From an uncultured Halieaceae bacterium (GTDB lineage: Bacteria > Pseudomonadota > Gammaproteobacteria > Pseudomonadales > Halieaceae): 64,000 nucleotides of DNA. A program made the position numbers and the translations under genes. The notes beneath the pieces were generated by a model. That model saw only the letters and a list, made by a program, of their open reading frames with translations, made no database searches and was not told where the DNA came from. Shown piece by piece: positions 49,489 through 60,017 of the stretch (within the stretch, counting starts at the first letter, position 1; each line of letters opens with the position of its first letter). The DNA is taken from the NCBI GenBank assembly GCA_913056165.1, contig CAJXMD010000002.1, positions 7,676 to 71,675 on the forward strand, written 5' to 3'.

Positions 49489-50124
49489 GTGAATTACGAG
49501 GATCATCGACGGCAGTACGTCCTTGGCGGGCTACGCAGCAGCATGCTCAGCGCCTCGCCCTTTGACCTATTTGCCGAGTGGCAGCAGCAGGCGATCGACG
49601 CTGGGCTCAAGGACCCGACCGCCGTGTCGTTGGCCACCGTGGATAGTCAGGGCGTGCCATGGCAGCGGTTGGTGCTTCTAAAAGGTATTTCGAACGGCGG
49701 GTTTGTTTTTTACACCAGCTACAGCAGCAATAAGGCGCAGGCATTGGCATCTGAGCCCCGAGCGTCCATGTTGTTCCCCTGGAATGAATTAGATCGTCAG
49801 GTGATTGCGTCGGGTCGGGTGGCGGCGATATCAGATGAAGAGAGCGACGCCTATTTCAGCAGCCGCCCCCGAGAGAGCCAGTTGGGGGCCTGGGCGTCGA
49901 GTCAAAGTCAGCCAATAGTAAATCGGGAGCAGTTGGAGAGTCAGTACGCTGAGGTATTGCAGCGCTTTGGAGATGGGGACATTCCTCGTCCTCCTCACTG
50001 GGGCGGCTATCGACTGGAGCCTGAGACAATTGAATTTTGGCAGGGGGGTCAAAACCGCCTGCACGATCGTTTTCGATTTAGCCGGGAGGGGGCTGACTGG
50101 GTCGCGCAGCGGCTTCAGCCATAG
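49489..50124 (+). CDS. pdxH: Pyridoxamine 5'-phosphate oxidase
   Basis: RLVLLKG, YFSSRPRESQLGAWAS, EFWQG..RLHDR, RLQP; probable GTG start at 49489. Confidence 0.96.
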   Translation: MNYEDHRRQYVLGGLRSSMLSASPFDLFAEWQQQAIDAGLKDPTAVSLATVDSQGVPWQRLVLLKGISNGGFVFYTSYSSNKAQALASEPRASMLFPWNELDRQVIASGRVAAISDEESDAYFSSRPRESQLGAWASSQSQPIVNREQLESQYAEVLQRFGDGDIPRPPHWGGYRLEPETIEFWQGGQNRLHDRFRFSREGADWVAQRLQP

Positions 50125-50170
50125 CACTTGGCTCAGACCAGAGTTTGCCTCGTGACAGCGCCTTTAAGAT

Positions 50171-51445
50171 TCATTGCGCCTGACGGGTGAAGTAATGGGG
50201 TAGAGCCGGCAGTCCGAGCAGATGACGCCGGATGAGGTCGAGGGCTACCGCGGCTACCAACCCCTGAAACAGGGATCTTGAGCCGGGGATTTGGGCGCGG
50301 TGGGTCCTGAGATCCTCCCGGGTCCCCCAGGCGATCCAGACGGTGCCGACCGGTTTGTCCGCTGTCCCGCCATCGGGCCCGGCAATGCCCGATACGGCGA
50401 CGCCAATATCTGCCCCTGCACGCTCTAACGCACCCAGTAGCATTTGCCGGACCACAGGCTCACTGACCGCCCCCTCGGTGTTCAGCACATTCTCTCCCAC
50501 ACCCAGCAACTGGTTTTTGGCGCTGTTGGCATAGGTGACGAGCCCAGCCTCAAAGACCGCGGAGGAGCCGGGTTCCCTTGTAACCATTGAGGCGATGAGT
50601 CCACCTGTGCAGGACTCAGCGGTTGTCATGGTCTTTTTCTGGTCTCTCAGAAGGGCTTGAACCACCTGAGCAAGCCGGGCGTCCTTCTCACCCAGAATAT
50701 GGTCCCCGAAGCGGTTCACAAGCAGGTCATAGGCGCGTTTTTGGTCGGGCACATGCTCAGCATGCGCGACCGTAAGCTTGAGTTCCAGCTGTGGCAGCCC
50801 AGCTCGAAATCCAAGTGTGACCGATGAAGGCCAGCCGTCCCCCAATTCATTGGCCCACTGCTGAATGGTTGATTCACCCACTCCAAAGGTCTGAATGCGT
50901 TGGATATAGGTTTCACTTCCCCCAACAGCGGCGACCAGCATGGTGGTGACTGTCGGCAACATTGCTTCAAGTTCCGAGGGCACTCCCGGTGTTGTCAGCA
51001 CCAGGCAGTTACCCAGTGATAAAGAAAACCCCACTGCGCTCCCGATTGGATTAGGAATGAGGTCGGCGTTTTCGGGGAGCCAGGCCTGCTTGAGATTTGC
51101 GCTGTTGGCTTGAATGCCTCGTCGCTCGCACCAGGCTTCTACGTGAGCCAGGGCTTCGGCATTTTCGACCAATGGTGCTCCGCATAGATCCCCAATGATG
51201 CTCGCCGTGAGGTCATCTTCCGTCGGCCCAAGGCCCCCGTTGACGATGACGCCATCGTATTCTTGGCTGAGTCGCAGCAGGGATTTTTTCAGGGCGTCGG
51301 GCTCATCGCCGACGGTGCATTTCTCGGCGACTAAAATTCCTGTTTCAAGCAAGTGGCGCGAGATCATCGCGGAATTGGTATCCACGGTGTCCCCAGTCAT
51401 AAGCTCATGGCCGGTGAGGAGCAGCGCGATAGCGGGTGACGGCAT
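50171..51445 (-). CDS. cinA: CinA-family protein (MoCF-like domain + PncC NMN deamidase)
   Basis: GHELMTGDTVDTN, GGLGPTEDD, AESCTGG, SGIAGPDGG. Confidence 0.93.
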   Translation of the reverse strand: MPSPAIALLLTGHELMTGDTVDTNSAMISRHLLETGILVAEKCTVGDEPDALKKSLLRLSQEYDGVIVNGGLGPTEDDLTASIIGDLCGAPLVENAEALAHVEAWCERRGIQANSANLKQAWLPENADLIPNPIGSAVGFSLSLGNCLVLTTPGVPSELEAMLPTVTTMLVAAVGGSETYIQRIQTFGVGESTIQQWANELGDGWPSSVTLGFRAGLPQLELKLTVAHAEHVPDQKRAYDLLVNRFGDHILGEKDARLAQVVQALLRDQKKTMTTAESCTGGLIASMVTREPGSSAVFEAGLVTYANSAKNQLLGVGENVLNTEGAVSEPVVRQMLLGALERAGADIGVAVSGIAGPDGGTADKPVGTVWIAWGTREDLRTHRAQIPGSRSLFQGLVAAVALDLIRRHLLGLPALPHYFTRQAQ

Positions 51446-51569
51446 GGTGAATTCTCTGTGGCAAAGATCTTTTGAAAGGTTGCTGGGAAAGGTTGCTGGA
51501 GAAGGTCGCTAGGATAGCCCGTTATCGGACTGTTTGGTGGGGACCGAGAGGATCTCCGACTGAACTGAA

Positions 51570-51645
51570 TATTCTATAAGGTAATAAAAAATAATTATTT
51601 ATTTCTTTTTTATTTCGCTTGTACGATTTGACCTCATTTTATTAA
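51570..51645. promoter_or_regulatory. AT-rich regulatory region with a 9-bp inverted repeat upstream of cysH
   Basis: AATAAAAAA(51583-51591)-N14-TTTTTTATT(51606-51614); the most conspicuously AT-rich stretch I noticed in the window. Confidence 0.55.
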
Positions 51646-51662
51646 GCCTATGGAACTGAACC

Positions 51663-52397
51663 ATGTCCCAACGATCGAGGGAGCAATCCGAAACCTCGCT
51701 TCAGAGCTTTGCTGCGGAAACTCTCCCTCAGGCTAATCGGAAATTGCGACATGCCGACCCTGTTGCGATTATCGACTGGTCCATCGAGACCGCCCGAGCC
51801 TTGGCAGAAGAGAGCAGGCAAACTGCGGGCCGTTTAGGTCATCTGCCCCCCATCATGATGACTACGAGTATGGGGGTGAACGCAGCGGTCATGCTTCATG
51901 CGGTTACGTCGAGGTTACCCAACATTCCCGTGGTGTGGGTGGATACCGGTTTCAATCTCGCCGACACCTATCGGGTGGCTCATCAACTGGAGCATGATTT
52001 AAATCTCAACTTGAGGGTGTACAGCCCGCGGATGACTCCGGAGCGGATCCGAACCTTGATGGGCGGCGTTCCAATGACTGAGGATGAGGAGCAACATCGT
52101 CGATTCACCGAGCTGGTAAAGCTGGAACCGTTTGATCGCGCGATTCAGGAATTGCAGCCACGGGTGTGGTTGACGGGAATCCGACGGGAGGAAACTGCCT
52201 ATCGGCGAGGCTTGGAGTGTGTGACGTATGATTCTCGAGGCCTGATTAAAGTAGCCCCGTTTTTTCACGCCACCGAAGCCGATCTTGAGGCCTACCGTCG
52301 CCGGTATACACTGCCGACCACGAAGCATTATTTTGACCCCACCAAGGTCGATGCAAGTCGTGAGTGTGGCTTGCACACGGCGTCCTCCGCAGCTTGA
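51663..52397 (+). CDS. cysH: PAPS/APS reductase family protein
   Basis: VWVDTG, KLEPF, TGIRRE, C-terminal ECGLH. Confidence 0.85.
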   Translation: MSQRSREQSETSLQSFAAETLPQANRKLRHADPVAIIDWSIETARALAEESRQTAGRLGHLPPIMMTTSMGVNAAVMLHAVTSRLPNIPVVWVDTGFNLADTYRVAHQLEHDLNLNLRVYSPRMTPERIRTLMGGVPMTEDEEQHRRFTELVKLEPFDRAIQELQPRVWLTGIRREETAYRRGLECVTYDSRGLIKVAPFFHATEADLEAYRRRYTLPTTKHYFDPTKVDASRECGLHTASSAA

Positions 52398-52444
52398 GTT
52401 GATTCAACAGGGCTGCCGTAAGCCGAGGTCAGTCTGCCCGGATG

Positions 52445-53842
52445 TCAGAAGTCCGCGTGACCAGGGGTGCGTGGAAAGGGGATGACGTCCCGCACGTTTT
52501 CCATGCCGGTGACATAGGCGAGAAGGCGCTCGAAGCCCAAGCCAAATCCTGCGTGGGGGACTGTGCCATAGCGTCGCAGATCGCGGTACCACCAGAGGTC
52601 TTCCTTGAGTTCTGCATCCATACGTGCATCCAGAACCTCCAGTCTCTCCTCGCGCTGGGAGCCACCAATGATCTCTCCGATTCCCGGTGCAAGCACGTCC
52701 ATTGCGGCGACGGTTTTGTCGTCATCGTTCAAGCGCATGTAAAAAGCTTTTATCTCTTTGGGGTAATCGGTGACCACGACCGGACGCCCGATATGTGTCT
52801 CGGCCAAATAGCGTTCGTGTTCGGACGCGAGATCCATACCCCAACTCACCGGGAACTCAAATGTTCGGCCACTGGATTCGAGAATGCCGATAGCCTCACT
52901 GTAGCTGATGCGTTCGAAGGTGGCGTTGACGATACCCTCGAGGCGCTCGATCACGGTGGTATCAATGCGCTGCTGGAAAAACCTCATGTCCTCCTCGCAG
53001 CTGTTGAGCACCTCGGAGATCGCGGCTTGCAAAAGCCGTTCGGCCAGATTGGCGTTGTCGTTTAAGTCAGCAAAGGCGATTTCTGGTTCGACCATCCAGA
53101 ATTCGGCGAGGTGTCTTGAGGTATTGGAGTTTTCTGCGCGAAAGGTCGGTCCGAAGGTGTACACCTTGCCCATGGAAAGGCAGTGTGACTCTACAGCCAG
53201 TTGACCCGATACCGTGAGGAAGGCGTCGCGACCAAAAAAATCCTGACTGGTATCTACGGATCCATCCGCGTGTCGAGGCAGGTTGGCAAAATCCAGAGTG
53301 CTGACTTTGAATAGTTCTCCAGCGCCCTCGCAGTCACTGGCGGTGACGATGGGCGTATTGACCCAATAAAAGCCCTCCCGATGAAAAAAATTGTGGATGG
53401 CATTTGCCAGTACATGGCGCACCCGGGTTATCGCGCCAAAGGTGTTGGTGCGGGTGCGCAAATGCGCTTGAGTGCGAAGATATTCAAAAGTATGTCGTTT
53501 CTTTGCAATGGGATAGCTCTCGGGGTCATCAACCGTTCCAACGACCACCACCTCGGATGCCTGTATCTCCACTGACTGCCCTTTGCCCTCCGACGCAACC
53601 AGCTCGCCGCTCACTTCAACCGCACAGCCAGTACCCAGCGCCAGTACCTCTGACTCGTAGTTCGCAAGGGTGTTTGGTACCACGGCCTGAATCGGATCGA
53701 AACAGGTGCCATCGTGGATGGCAAGGAACGAGATGCCTGCTTTTGAATCTCGCTTACTTCTGAGCCAGCCTTTAACCGTTACTGACTGGCCAAGTGTTGT
53801 ATCGGGTTCAAAAAGGGCTCTAATGGGTTTCCAGGCTGACAT
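52445..53842 (-). CDS. asnS: Asparagine--tRNA ligase
   Basis: [40 protein letters not shown]. Confidence 0.97.
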   Translation of the reverse strand: MSAWKPIRALFEPDTTLGQSVTVKGWLRSKRDSKAGISFLAIHDGTCFDPIQAVVPNTLANYESEVLALGTGCAVEVSGELVASEGKGQSVEIQASEVVVVGTVDDPESYPIAKKRHTFEYLRTQAHLRTRTNTFGAITRVRHVLANAIHNFFHREGFYWVNTPIVTASDCEGAGELFKVSTLDFANLPRHADGSVDTSQDFFGRDAFLTVSGQLAVESHCLSMGKVYTFGPTFRAENSNTSRHLAEFWMVEPEIAFADLNDNANLAERLLQAAISEVLNSCEEDMRFFQQRIDTTVIERLEGIVNATFERISYSEAIGILESSGRTFEFPVSWGMDLASEHERYLAETHIGRPVVVTDYPKEIKAFYMRLNDDDKTVAAMDVLAPGIGEIIGGSQREERLEVLDARMDAELKEDLWWYRDLRRYGTVPHAGFGLGFERLLAYVTGMENVRDVIPFPRTPGHADF

Positions 53843-53935
53843 GGTGTGCTTCCGGGCTAGGTAAGATAGCGTATTAACGTAGTGGGTTGTTCTGCTCGAG
53901 GCTGCGGAAAAAGGTCTTGCTGTTGGCGTCTCAAA

Positions 53936-55945
53936 TCAGCCTTCCGAACCTTCTTTGGGAGGCTTGAGGCCGCTGTGTTCGTCCAGAGTAAATACCACCA
54001 CGTGGTCTCCCCCAGCCGCAACACCACCGTAGTTTACGTGAACGGCTTGGTTTAATTGAAAGCGGCGGGTTGTCGAGGTGAGGCTCGCGGTCCATTTATC
54101 AAAACTGAATTTTTCCGGGTCTTGTCGCAAATCAACCACCCCTTCAAGCCCGGTTTCATCGAGTCGAACCGTAAACCCGGCGCTCGTGATGTGACAGACA
54201 ACACCACTAAAGTGCAGCTTGCCGTCGCCCTTGAGTTTCTCGAGGTAGTTGTGGGTAAGCCAGCGTTCAGCCGCCTGACTTGCCTCCCGGCTTCGCGCAA
54301 TCATCTCGCTGGTTTTGGATAGCATGCCCCCCGCCACTTTATCCGCGGTGCTTTTTTCCAACACTGCCTTTATTTGCCGGTGGGCCATAAAGTCCAGATA
54401 TTTACGCAAGGGCGATGTTGCATTGGTATAGGCTGGCAGTCCCATCCCCATGTGCTCTCTTGACTGAATGCTGAAAGCGGCGCGGGTAAGAAGCCTGTTC
54501 ACCATCCCGCGGAGGGGCTGCGGATGGGGCTGGCTCAATGTCGTCAGTACTTGGCGGTAACCCTCGAGGGTCTCCAGCTTCACATCGACCAATTCCGGTT
54601 GGTAGCGGGACAGAAACTCTCTCGCTTCATCGAGTCGATCTTTCCTGAAGCCCGAGTGAATGACGAAGGGACCAGTTGCATTGGCACTTGTCAGCAACGA
54701 CGCAGCGCTTCGATTTGTGGCGATCATGCATTCTTCCACCAAGTGCTGTGAAGCAAGCTTTTCGCCTTTGTCGATGGTCTCTATCTGCTTGTTTTCATTT
54801 AAGTGCCATCGGTATTCCTGCCGATCCTCCATCACCAGCTCATGCTCTTCCCGATAGCGTCGCAGTGCGCGATACGCCTGTACCAGAGCCTCTAATGGGT
54901 TTGACCAGGCGATGAGCTCGTCGTTGTGACCAGTCACGTAGCGGTCGACCGCGGCGTAGGTCAGTTTGGCACGTGATCGTACTGACGCCTTCATGAACTC
55001 GTACTCGGCAACGCGGCCATCATCGGTTACCAACATTTTGCATACCAATGCCGGACGGATCGTATCCTCACTCAGGGCACACAGGTCTCGACTAATGCCC
55101 TCGGGCAGCATCGGGATAACATCGCCATGAAAGTAGACCGACGTTCCCCGGGCCAAGAGCGCTTTTTCCACCTCGTCGTTACCGTCCAGATAGGCGGTCG
55201 GGTCAGCGATTGCGACATAAAGGGTCCAGCCGCTGCTGGTTACCTCTGCATACAGGGCATCATCGATGTCTACGGTGCGGGCTGAGTCAATTGACACAAA
55301 GGAGAGGTGAGTCAAATCAACCCGATCCTGCTCGTCGAGCGGCGATCGGCTGGCTGCGTAGTCCGTCAGAATTTTTGCCTCTTTGTCAGACCACTCCCAG
55401 GGAATACCGACCCGAGTCGCGCAGTAGCGGTTTTCGATGCCAGGTGTTTGTTCATTGCCGAGAAGCTGCAGGACTTTTGCTGAGGGTTTTCCATCTTTTA
55501 TCGGATGACGGAGAACTGCGCACTCAACAAGATCGCCGGCTTTTGCGCCGTTGCGTGCGTGAGGCGGAATAAAAAGCCACCGACTTAGATTGTGCAAATC
55601 GGGCTCGACGAAAACTGCTTTACCCTTGGTTACGATTTTCCCGACAAAGCGATCCAGAGGTGATTCAACGAGGCGTTCTATCTCAGCGACAGTTCGGCCC
55701 TCTTTGGCCTTTCCTTTTGCTTTTCTGTCTCTGTTGGGTGCGGGTCGAATGCAGATGCCGACCCGGTCTCCTGGCAGCACCTTTAACATTTCGTCCGGGG
55801 GAATAAAGATTTCACGGCCATCATCAACCACCGCAAACCCATAGCGATTCTGCGTGCCTTTGACGGTGGCTTCAGCCTGCTCTTTTTGGGCTTCGATCTC
55901 TTGTTTGAGCCCCTGCAACTGAGCCATTGCATCGTTGTTCAGCAT
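53936..55945 (-). CDS. RNase II/R-family (RNB domain) 3'-5' exoribonuclease
   Basis: CSD YGF, SIDSARTVDIDDA, TSPLRKY, S1 tail; start moved to ATG 55945. Confidence 0.9.
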   Translation of the reverse strand: MLNNDAMAQLQGLKQEIEAQKEQAEATVKGTQNRYGFAVVDDGREIFIPPDEMLKVLPGDRVGICIRPAPNRDRKAKGKAKEGRTVAEIERLVESPLDRFVGKIVTKGKAVFVEPDLHNLSRWLFIPPHARNGAKAGDLVECAVLRHPIKDGKPSAKVLQLLGNEQTPGIENRYCATRVGIPWEWSDKEAKILTDYAASRSPLDEQDRVDLTHLSFVSIDSARTVDIDDALYAEVTSSGWTLYVAIADPTAYLDGNDEVEKALLARGTSVYFHGDVIPMLPEGISRDLCALSEDTIRPALVCKMLVTDDGRVAEYEFMKASVRSRAKLTYAAVDRYVTGHNDELIAWSNPLEALVQAYRALRRYREEHELVMEDRQEYRWHLNENKQIETIDKGEKLASQHLVEECMIATNRSAASLLTSANATGPFVIHSGFRKDRLDEAREFLSRYQPELVDVKLETLEGYRQVLTTLSQPHPQPLRGMVNRLLTRAAFSIQSREHMGMGLPAYTNATSPLRKYLDFMAHRQIKAVLEKSTADKVAGGMLSKTSEMIARSREASQAAERWLTHNYLEKLKGDGKLHFSGVVCHITSAGFTVRLDETGLEGVVDLRQDPEKFSFDKWTASLTSTTRRFQLNQAVHVNYGGVAAGGDHVVVFTLDEHSGLKPPKEGSEG

Positions 55946-56338
55946 GGCCGCGTGGAACTCCTGACAACCTGTGACTGGCGAGGCGATCGAAGAGTTAACC
56001 TGATCGCTTCTTTTTAATGTGGGCATACATGCTAGCGAAAAAGACATCGGCTGTCAGCGACAACTTGTCCTGCTTGGCAGATTTTGCCAACCGCATTGAC
56101 AGCCGCGAAGCTGAGAGGTTTACTGGAAGCAGAGCCGAAAAGGATTGAGTAGGACATACGTCGTTGACGAAGCGAGCTAATCCGGAAGGATTTTTGCCGA
56201 CAAGTATCAAGCTGCTGTGCGCCAACAGTTCTTTGAGGCGGTCACCGGCGTCGATCAAGCTCCCCCCAGAATCCAGGTCGACATCCCTGCGACTTCATAA
56301 CGCCCTGTTATTTCACGTAAAACCCAGAGGTCCTGTGT

Positions 56339-57775
56339 ATGGAAGCTAGCGCTGCTGTTCGTCTTGATATGCCAGCTGCAAACCCCGCTAACAAGAAAAT
56401 CTACGTGTTGGATACCAATGTGCTCCTTCACGACCCAACGGCTGTTGCGGCCTTTGCCGAGCACCATGTGGTGATTCCGATGACGGTCCTTGAAGAGCTT
56501 GATCACATCAAAGATCGGCGGGATAAAACGGTGAGTCGTGAAGCGCGGATTGCCATCCAGATGATCGACAAGGTCGTTGGTTCATCAGGCCCTGCTGAAA
56601 TTCAGTCGGGCGTCGACATTCCCGGCTCAAATCTCAACGGCCCCCTGGGCACCTTGGCGATCTATCCGGATCAATTGCTGCAGGACGAGGGTGAAATTCC
56701 CTTTCTCGACGCGACTCAGGATCAAGCCAATGACAACCGTATTATCAATGTAGCACTCCGCTTGCAGTCCGAGTGCGCCGAGTCTGTCGTGTGCCTCGTT
56801 ACCAAAGATATCAACATGCGGATCAAGGCCAAGGGTTCAGGTCTCAATAATGTCGAGGATTATCTCCACGATCGGGTCCTCGATGACATTGACCTGCTGG
56901 CGACGGGCTATGAGCATGTGGAAGGCGACTTTTGGGCTACCGTTTCCGAGGTGGATACCATTCGGGAAGACAATGTGACGCTTCACCGTGTGCCGCGAGA
57001 ATCCCTTCCTGCGAGTTACCCCAATCAATTTGTTTATGACGATCAGGACTTTCTGGCTTATGTAAAACGCCTGGATGATGACTACGCGTATCTTCGCGTC
57101 GACAGCCGTGACAATCTTCTCAATCAGCGTTTCTGGGGTCTTGCGCCGCGTAATCTAGAGCAGGCCATGGCGATGCGGTTGCTCGATGACGACGATATAG
57201 ACATGACGGTCATGACCGGCCCGGCCGGTTCCGGTAAAACCCTCCTTGCCCTAGCTTACGGATTGCACGCCATCCTCGAGCAGAAGAAATACTCAAAGCT
57301 TATCGTGGCAAGATCGACGCCGCCAATTGCCGAGGACATCGGCTTTCTCCCCGGAACTGAAGAGGAAAAGATGGCGCCTTGGCTGGCAGCATTCGACGAT
57401 AATCTGGAAATACTTCACGGGGGTGATGAGTGTGCCGGGGGCAGCATTGACTACGTGAAGGAGCGCGCCAACATCCAGTTTAAGTCCCTCAATTTCATGC
57501 GGGGACGTTCCTTCAACAATGCCTACATCATCATCGATGAAGCGCAGGGACTGACTCAGTTCCAGCTCAAGTCAATCATCAGCCGTGTAGGCGCAGATTC
57601 AAAAATCGTCGTGCTGGGCAATTTGGCTCAAATCGATAACAAGTATATCTCGCCACTAACATCGGGTTTGACCTACCTGGTTGAGCGGGTCAAGGCCTAC
57701 CCCCACGCAGGCATTATGTTTATCAATGGCATTGTTCGCTCTCGCCTCGCAGCCTTCGCGGAGGAAAACCTGTAA
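56339..57775 (+). CDS. PIN-domain PhoH-family ATPase
   Basis: YVLDTNVLLHD PIN domain; GPAGSGKT, IGFLPG, RGRS, IIDEAQ. Confidence 0.93.
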   Translation: MEASAAVRLDMPAANPANKKIYVLDTNVLLHDPTAVAAFAEHHVVIPMTVLEELDHIKDRRDKTVSREARIAIQMIDKVVGSSGPAEIQSGVDIPGSNLNGPLGTLAIYPDQLLQDEGEIPFLDATQDQANDNRIINVALRLQSECAESVVCLVTKDINMRIKAKGSGLNNVEDYLHDRVLDDIDLLATGYEHVEGDFWATVSEVDTIREDNVTLHRVPRESLPASYPNQFVYDDQDFLAYVKRLDDDYAYLRVDSRDNLLNQRFWGLAPRNLEQAMAMRLLDDDDIDMTVMTGPAGSGKTLLALAYGLHAILEQKKYSKLIVARSTPPIAEDIGFLPGTEEEKMAPWLAAFDDNLEILHGGDECAGGSIDYVKERANIQFKSLNFMRGRSFNNAYIIIDEAQGLTQFQLKSIISRVGADSKIVVLGNLAQIDNKYISPLTSGLTYLVERVKAYPHAGIMFINGIVRSRLAAFAEENL

Positions 57776-57789
57776 CTGGCGTTTGAAGC

Positions 57790-58620
57790 CTAATAGGCGA
57801 GGGCGGCGTTTACCTTTATAGGGTCGCCCGACTCCACTGCCCAGGAGACGTCCTGTTGATCCGAGAGCATCACCACGGTCGAGCCGAGAAAGAAACGTCC
57901 GATCTCATCCCCCGCTGCAAAAGCGGGTCCCTGTCCGTCTTCCCAACCTCGATCGCGAATGGTTTTCGGCGCGGGGGATTCCACGCCACCCCATACGGTT
58001 TCGATCCCCGCAACGATGATTGCACCGACGAGCACCAGCACAATTGGGCCCTCCTCGGTGGAGAAATAGCACACCAGGCGTTCGTTGCGTGCAAACAAGT
58101 TGTTCACACCGTTGGTGGTGGATTGATTGACTGCAAATAAGTCCCCCGGAACATAGCGGGTCCACTGTAGCTGCCCAGCGATCGGCATGTGAATGCGATG
58201 GTAGTCTCGCGGAGATAGATAGACGGTCGCGAAGCTGCCGTCGGCAAAAGTGGCTGCTTCTTCCTCAGTGCCGGCGAGAAGTGACTGAACGTTGAACCAG
58301 CGGCCTTTCGCCTGAATCATCGCGCCCGATTCGATGTTGCCTCGCTGGCTGAGCGCTCCATCAGCGGGGCTTACCCAGCGGGATGTCGCCAGAGGACGCG
58401 CGTCAGCTTCCAAAGCCCGTGTAAAAAAATGGTTAAAGTGATCAAAGGCAGCGGGATCTTTCACCTGTGCTTCGTCGAGACTGATGCCATAGCTCCACAT
58501 AAAAATCTTGATCAGCAGTGTCTTCAACCAGGCGGGATATTGCATAAAGGCCAAAACGCCAATTGCTCTGGAGATCAGGTGTTGTGGTAAGAGCGCCTGT
58601 AAGGCAGTGAAAAGTGTCAT
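57790..58620 (-). CDS. psd: Phosphatidylserine decarboxylase proenzyme
   Basis: FFTR, SPADG, YLSPRDYHR, LGST cleavage motif; start ATG 58620. Confidence 0.95.
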   Translation of the reverse strand: MTLFTALQALLPQHLISRAIGVLAFMQYPAWLKTLLIKIFMWSYGISLDEAQVKDPAAFDHFNHFFTRALEADARPLATSRWVSPADGALSQRGNIESGAMIQAKGRWFNVQSLLAGTEEEAATFADGSFATVYLSPRDYHRIHMPIAGQLQWTRYVPGDLFAVNQSTTNGVNNLFARNERLVCYFSTEEGPIVLVLVGAIIVAGIETVWGGVESPAPKTIRDRGWEDGQGPAFAAGDEIGRFFLGSTVVMLSDQQDVSWAVESGDPIKVNAALAY

Positions 58621-58776
58621 GAATTGCGCCGTTGCCAAAGAAGTTTGTCTGGTAGTGTAATGGCTGGAGCGCGCGTTGTGGTCAATGATCTAGGGGGAGC
58701 GGTTTGGCGCTAATGCCATCCAATGACAAAGATGACGGGGAACCAACAGAAGAGGACCGAAGTCTGGAGATGGGTG

Positions 58777-59991
58777 ATGGAATCTAACGGAGTCTTTTCA
58801 AATGTGGTGCGATGGCTCTGTGTGGCTATCGTTTTCGGGGCAGGCAGTGCCCATGCCAATGCCGCCACCAATCAGGCATTGTCAGCAGAACGCCCAAGCC
58901 TTGAGCACCAAGAGCTTATTGTTGAATCCTTTGGGCCCTCCAGCCAAGCGCCTTTATTGCAGCTCGCTCAGGCCGGCGAAGAGTCTGGCTCTGAGGCATC
59001 AGGGATAGCCGACACCAGTGTTCCCGGGACTGACTCTGATGAGGGACAGGTAGCGGGTGACGTTGACGTTCCCCCAGATGGACAGACAGTAAGTCAACAG
59101 GAGGAAGAAGGAGAGACATGGCTGGACTCGGGGCACGGCTACGTGACAGCAAAAGCAGACGATTTAACGCGCTGGTTTGATAGTTATTTTGGCAGTACCG
59201 AGGCGGATCAGAATGTCGCATCTTCTCGTCTAAGGGTTCGGGTGACGGCGGAAGAGGATGAGCGTGAGGGCACTAATTTCAGGGTTTCGTTAGGGGGTAA
59301 GGTAAACCTGCCTCAGATTTCCAAGCGGCTCGACCTCGTGTTCAGGGGGGATGACCCCGCCGATGATATTAATGGTCAAGAGGACCTGTCACAGTCTCCG
59401 GTGGCCCTGCAGCTGCAGGTAGGTAAGCGCAAGGAAACACGCCATCGGTTTGACTTAACGCTGGGTGTCGGCTCTGGTGGACCCAAGCCGGGAGCACGCT
59501 ATCGGTACGCGATTGACTTCAACGACAGGAACAGCCTGCAATTTACCGAGCGGGTACAGTATGAGTTCGACGACGGTGTGATCAGCACTTCTCGTCTGGT
59601 ACTAGACCATCAGTTGGCCAACGACGCCTTGCTACGGAGCTACAGTCGTGTGCTTTGGGGAGAGGCTACCGACGGCGTTGAGGCCAGCTCGTCGCTGCAG
59701 TGGATCAAGTTTTGGCAACGGCGGCCGCCAACTTCACGCGGCACAGACGAGAGAGGCCTGATGGTCTACGGCGAAGTGTCCGGGCAAACGGAGCCCTATG
59801 AGTATGTATCCAATTATCGGGTGGGGTTTCGTTATCGCCGGCAAACTTATCGAAGGTATTTGTTCCTCGAATTTGAACCCAGTTACAACTGGCGGGTTGA
59901 CGAGCCCTATGACGAGCGGGCCGGGGCATGGAGGATCGAGCTGCGCTTCGAGTTTTTGCTCTTCGATGACCTCCGGCGGGACAAAGGCTGA
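58777..59991 (+). CDS. Exported hypothetical protein, probable outer-membrane beta-barrel
   Basis: Signal peptide, acidic linker, many alternating amphipathic strands ending IELRFEFLLF; GGAGA RBS before ATG 58777. Confidence 0.7.
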   Translation: MESNGVFSNVVRWLCVAIVFGAGSAHANAATNQALSAERPSLEHQELIVESFGPSSQAPLLQLAQAGEESGSEASGIADTSVPGTDSDEGQVAGDVDVPPDGQTVSQQEEEGETWLDSGHGYVTAKADDLTRWFDSYFGSTEADQNVASSRLRVRVTAEEDEREGTNFRVSLGGKVNLPQISKRLDLVFRGDDPADDINGQEDLSQSPVALQLQVGKRKETRHRFDLTLGVGSGGPKPGARYRYAIDFNDRNSLQFTERVQYEFDDGVISTSRLVLDHQLANDALLRSYSRVLWGEATDGVEASSSLQWIKFWQRRPPTSRGTDERGLMVYGEVSGQTEPYEYVSNYRVGFRYRRQTYRRYLFLEFEPSYNWRVDEPYDERAGAWRIELRFEFLLFDDLRRDKG

Positions 59992-60017
59992 TTCTGTCGC
60001 TACCGCGATATTTGTGG

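Noticed and set aside
56164-56349. Small upstream ORF as an antitoxin for PIN-PhoH
   Set aside because: TTG start and no antitoxin-like features; stand-alone PIN-PhoH genes are common.
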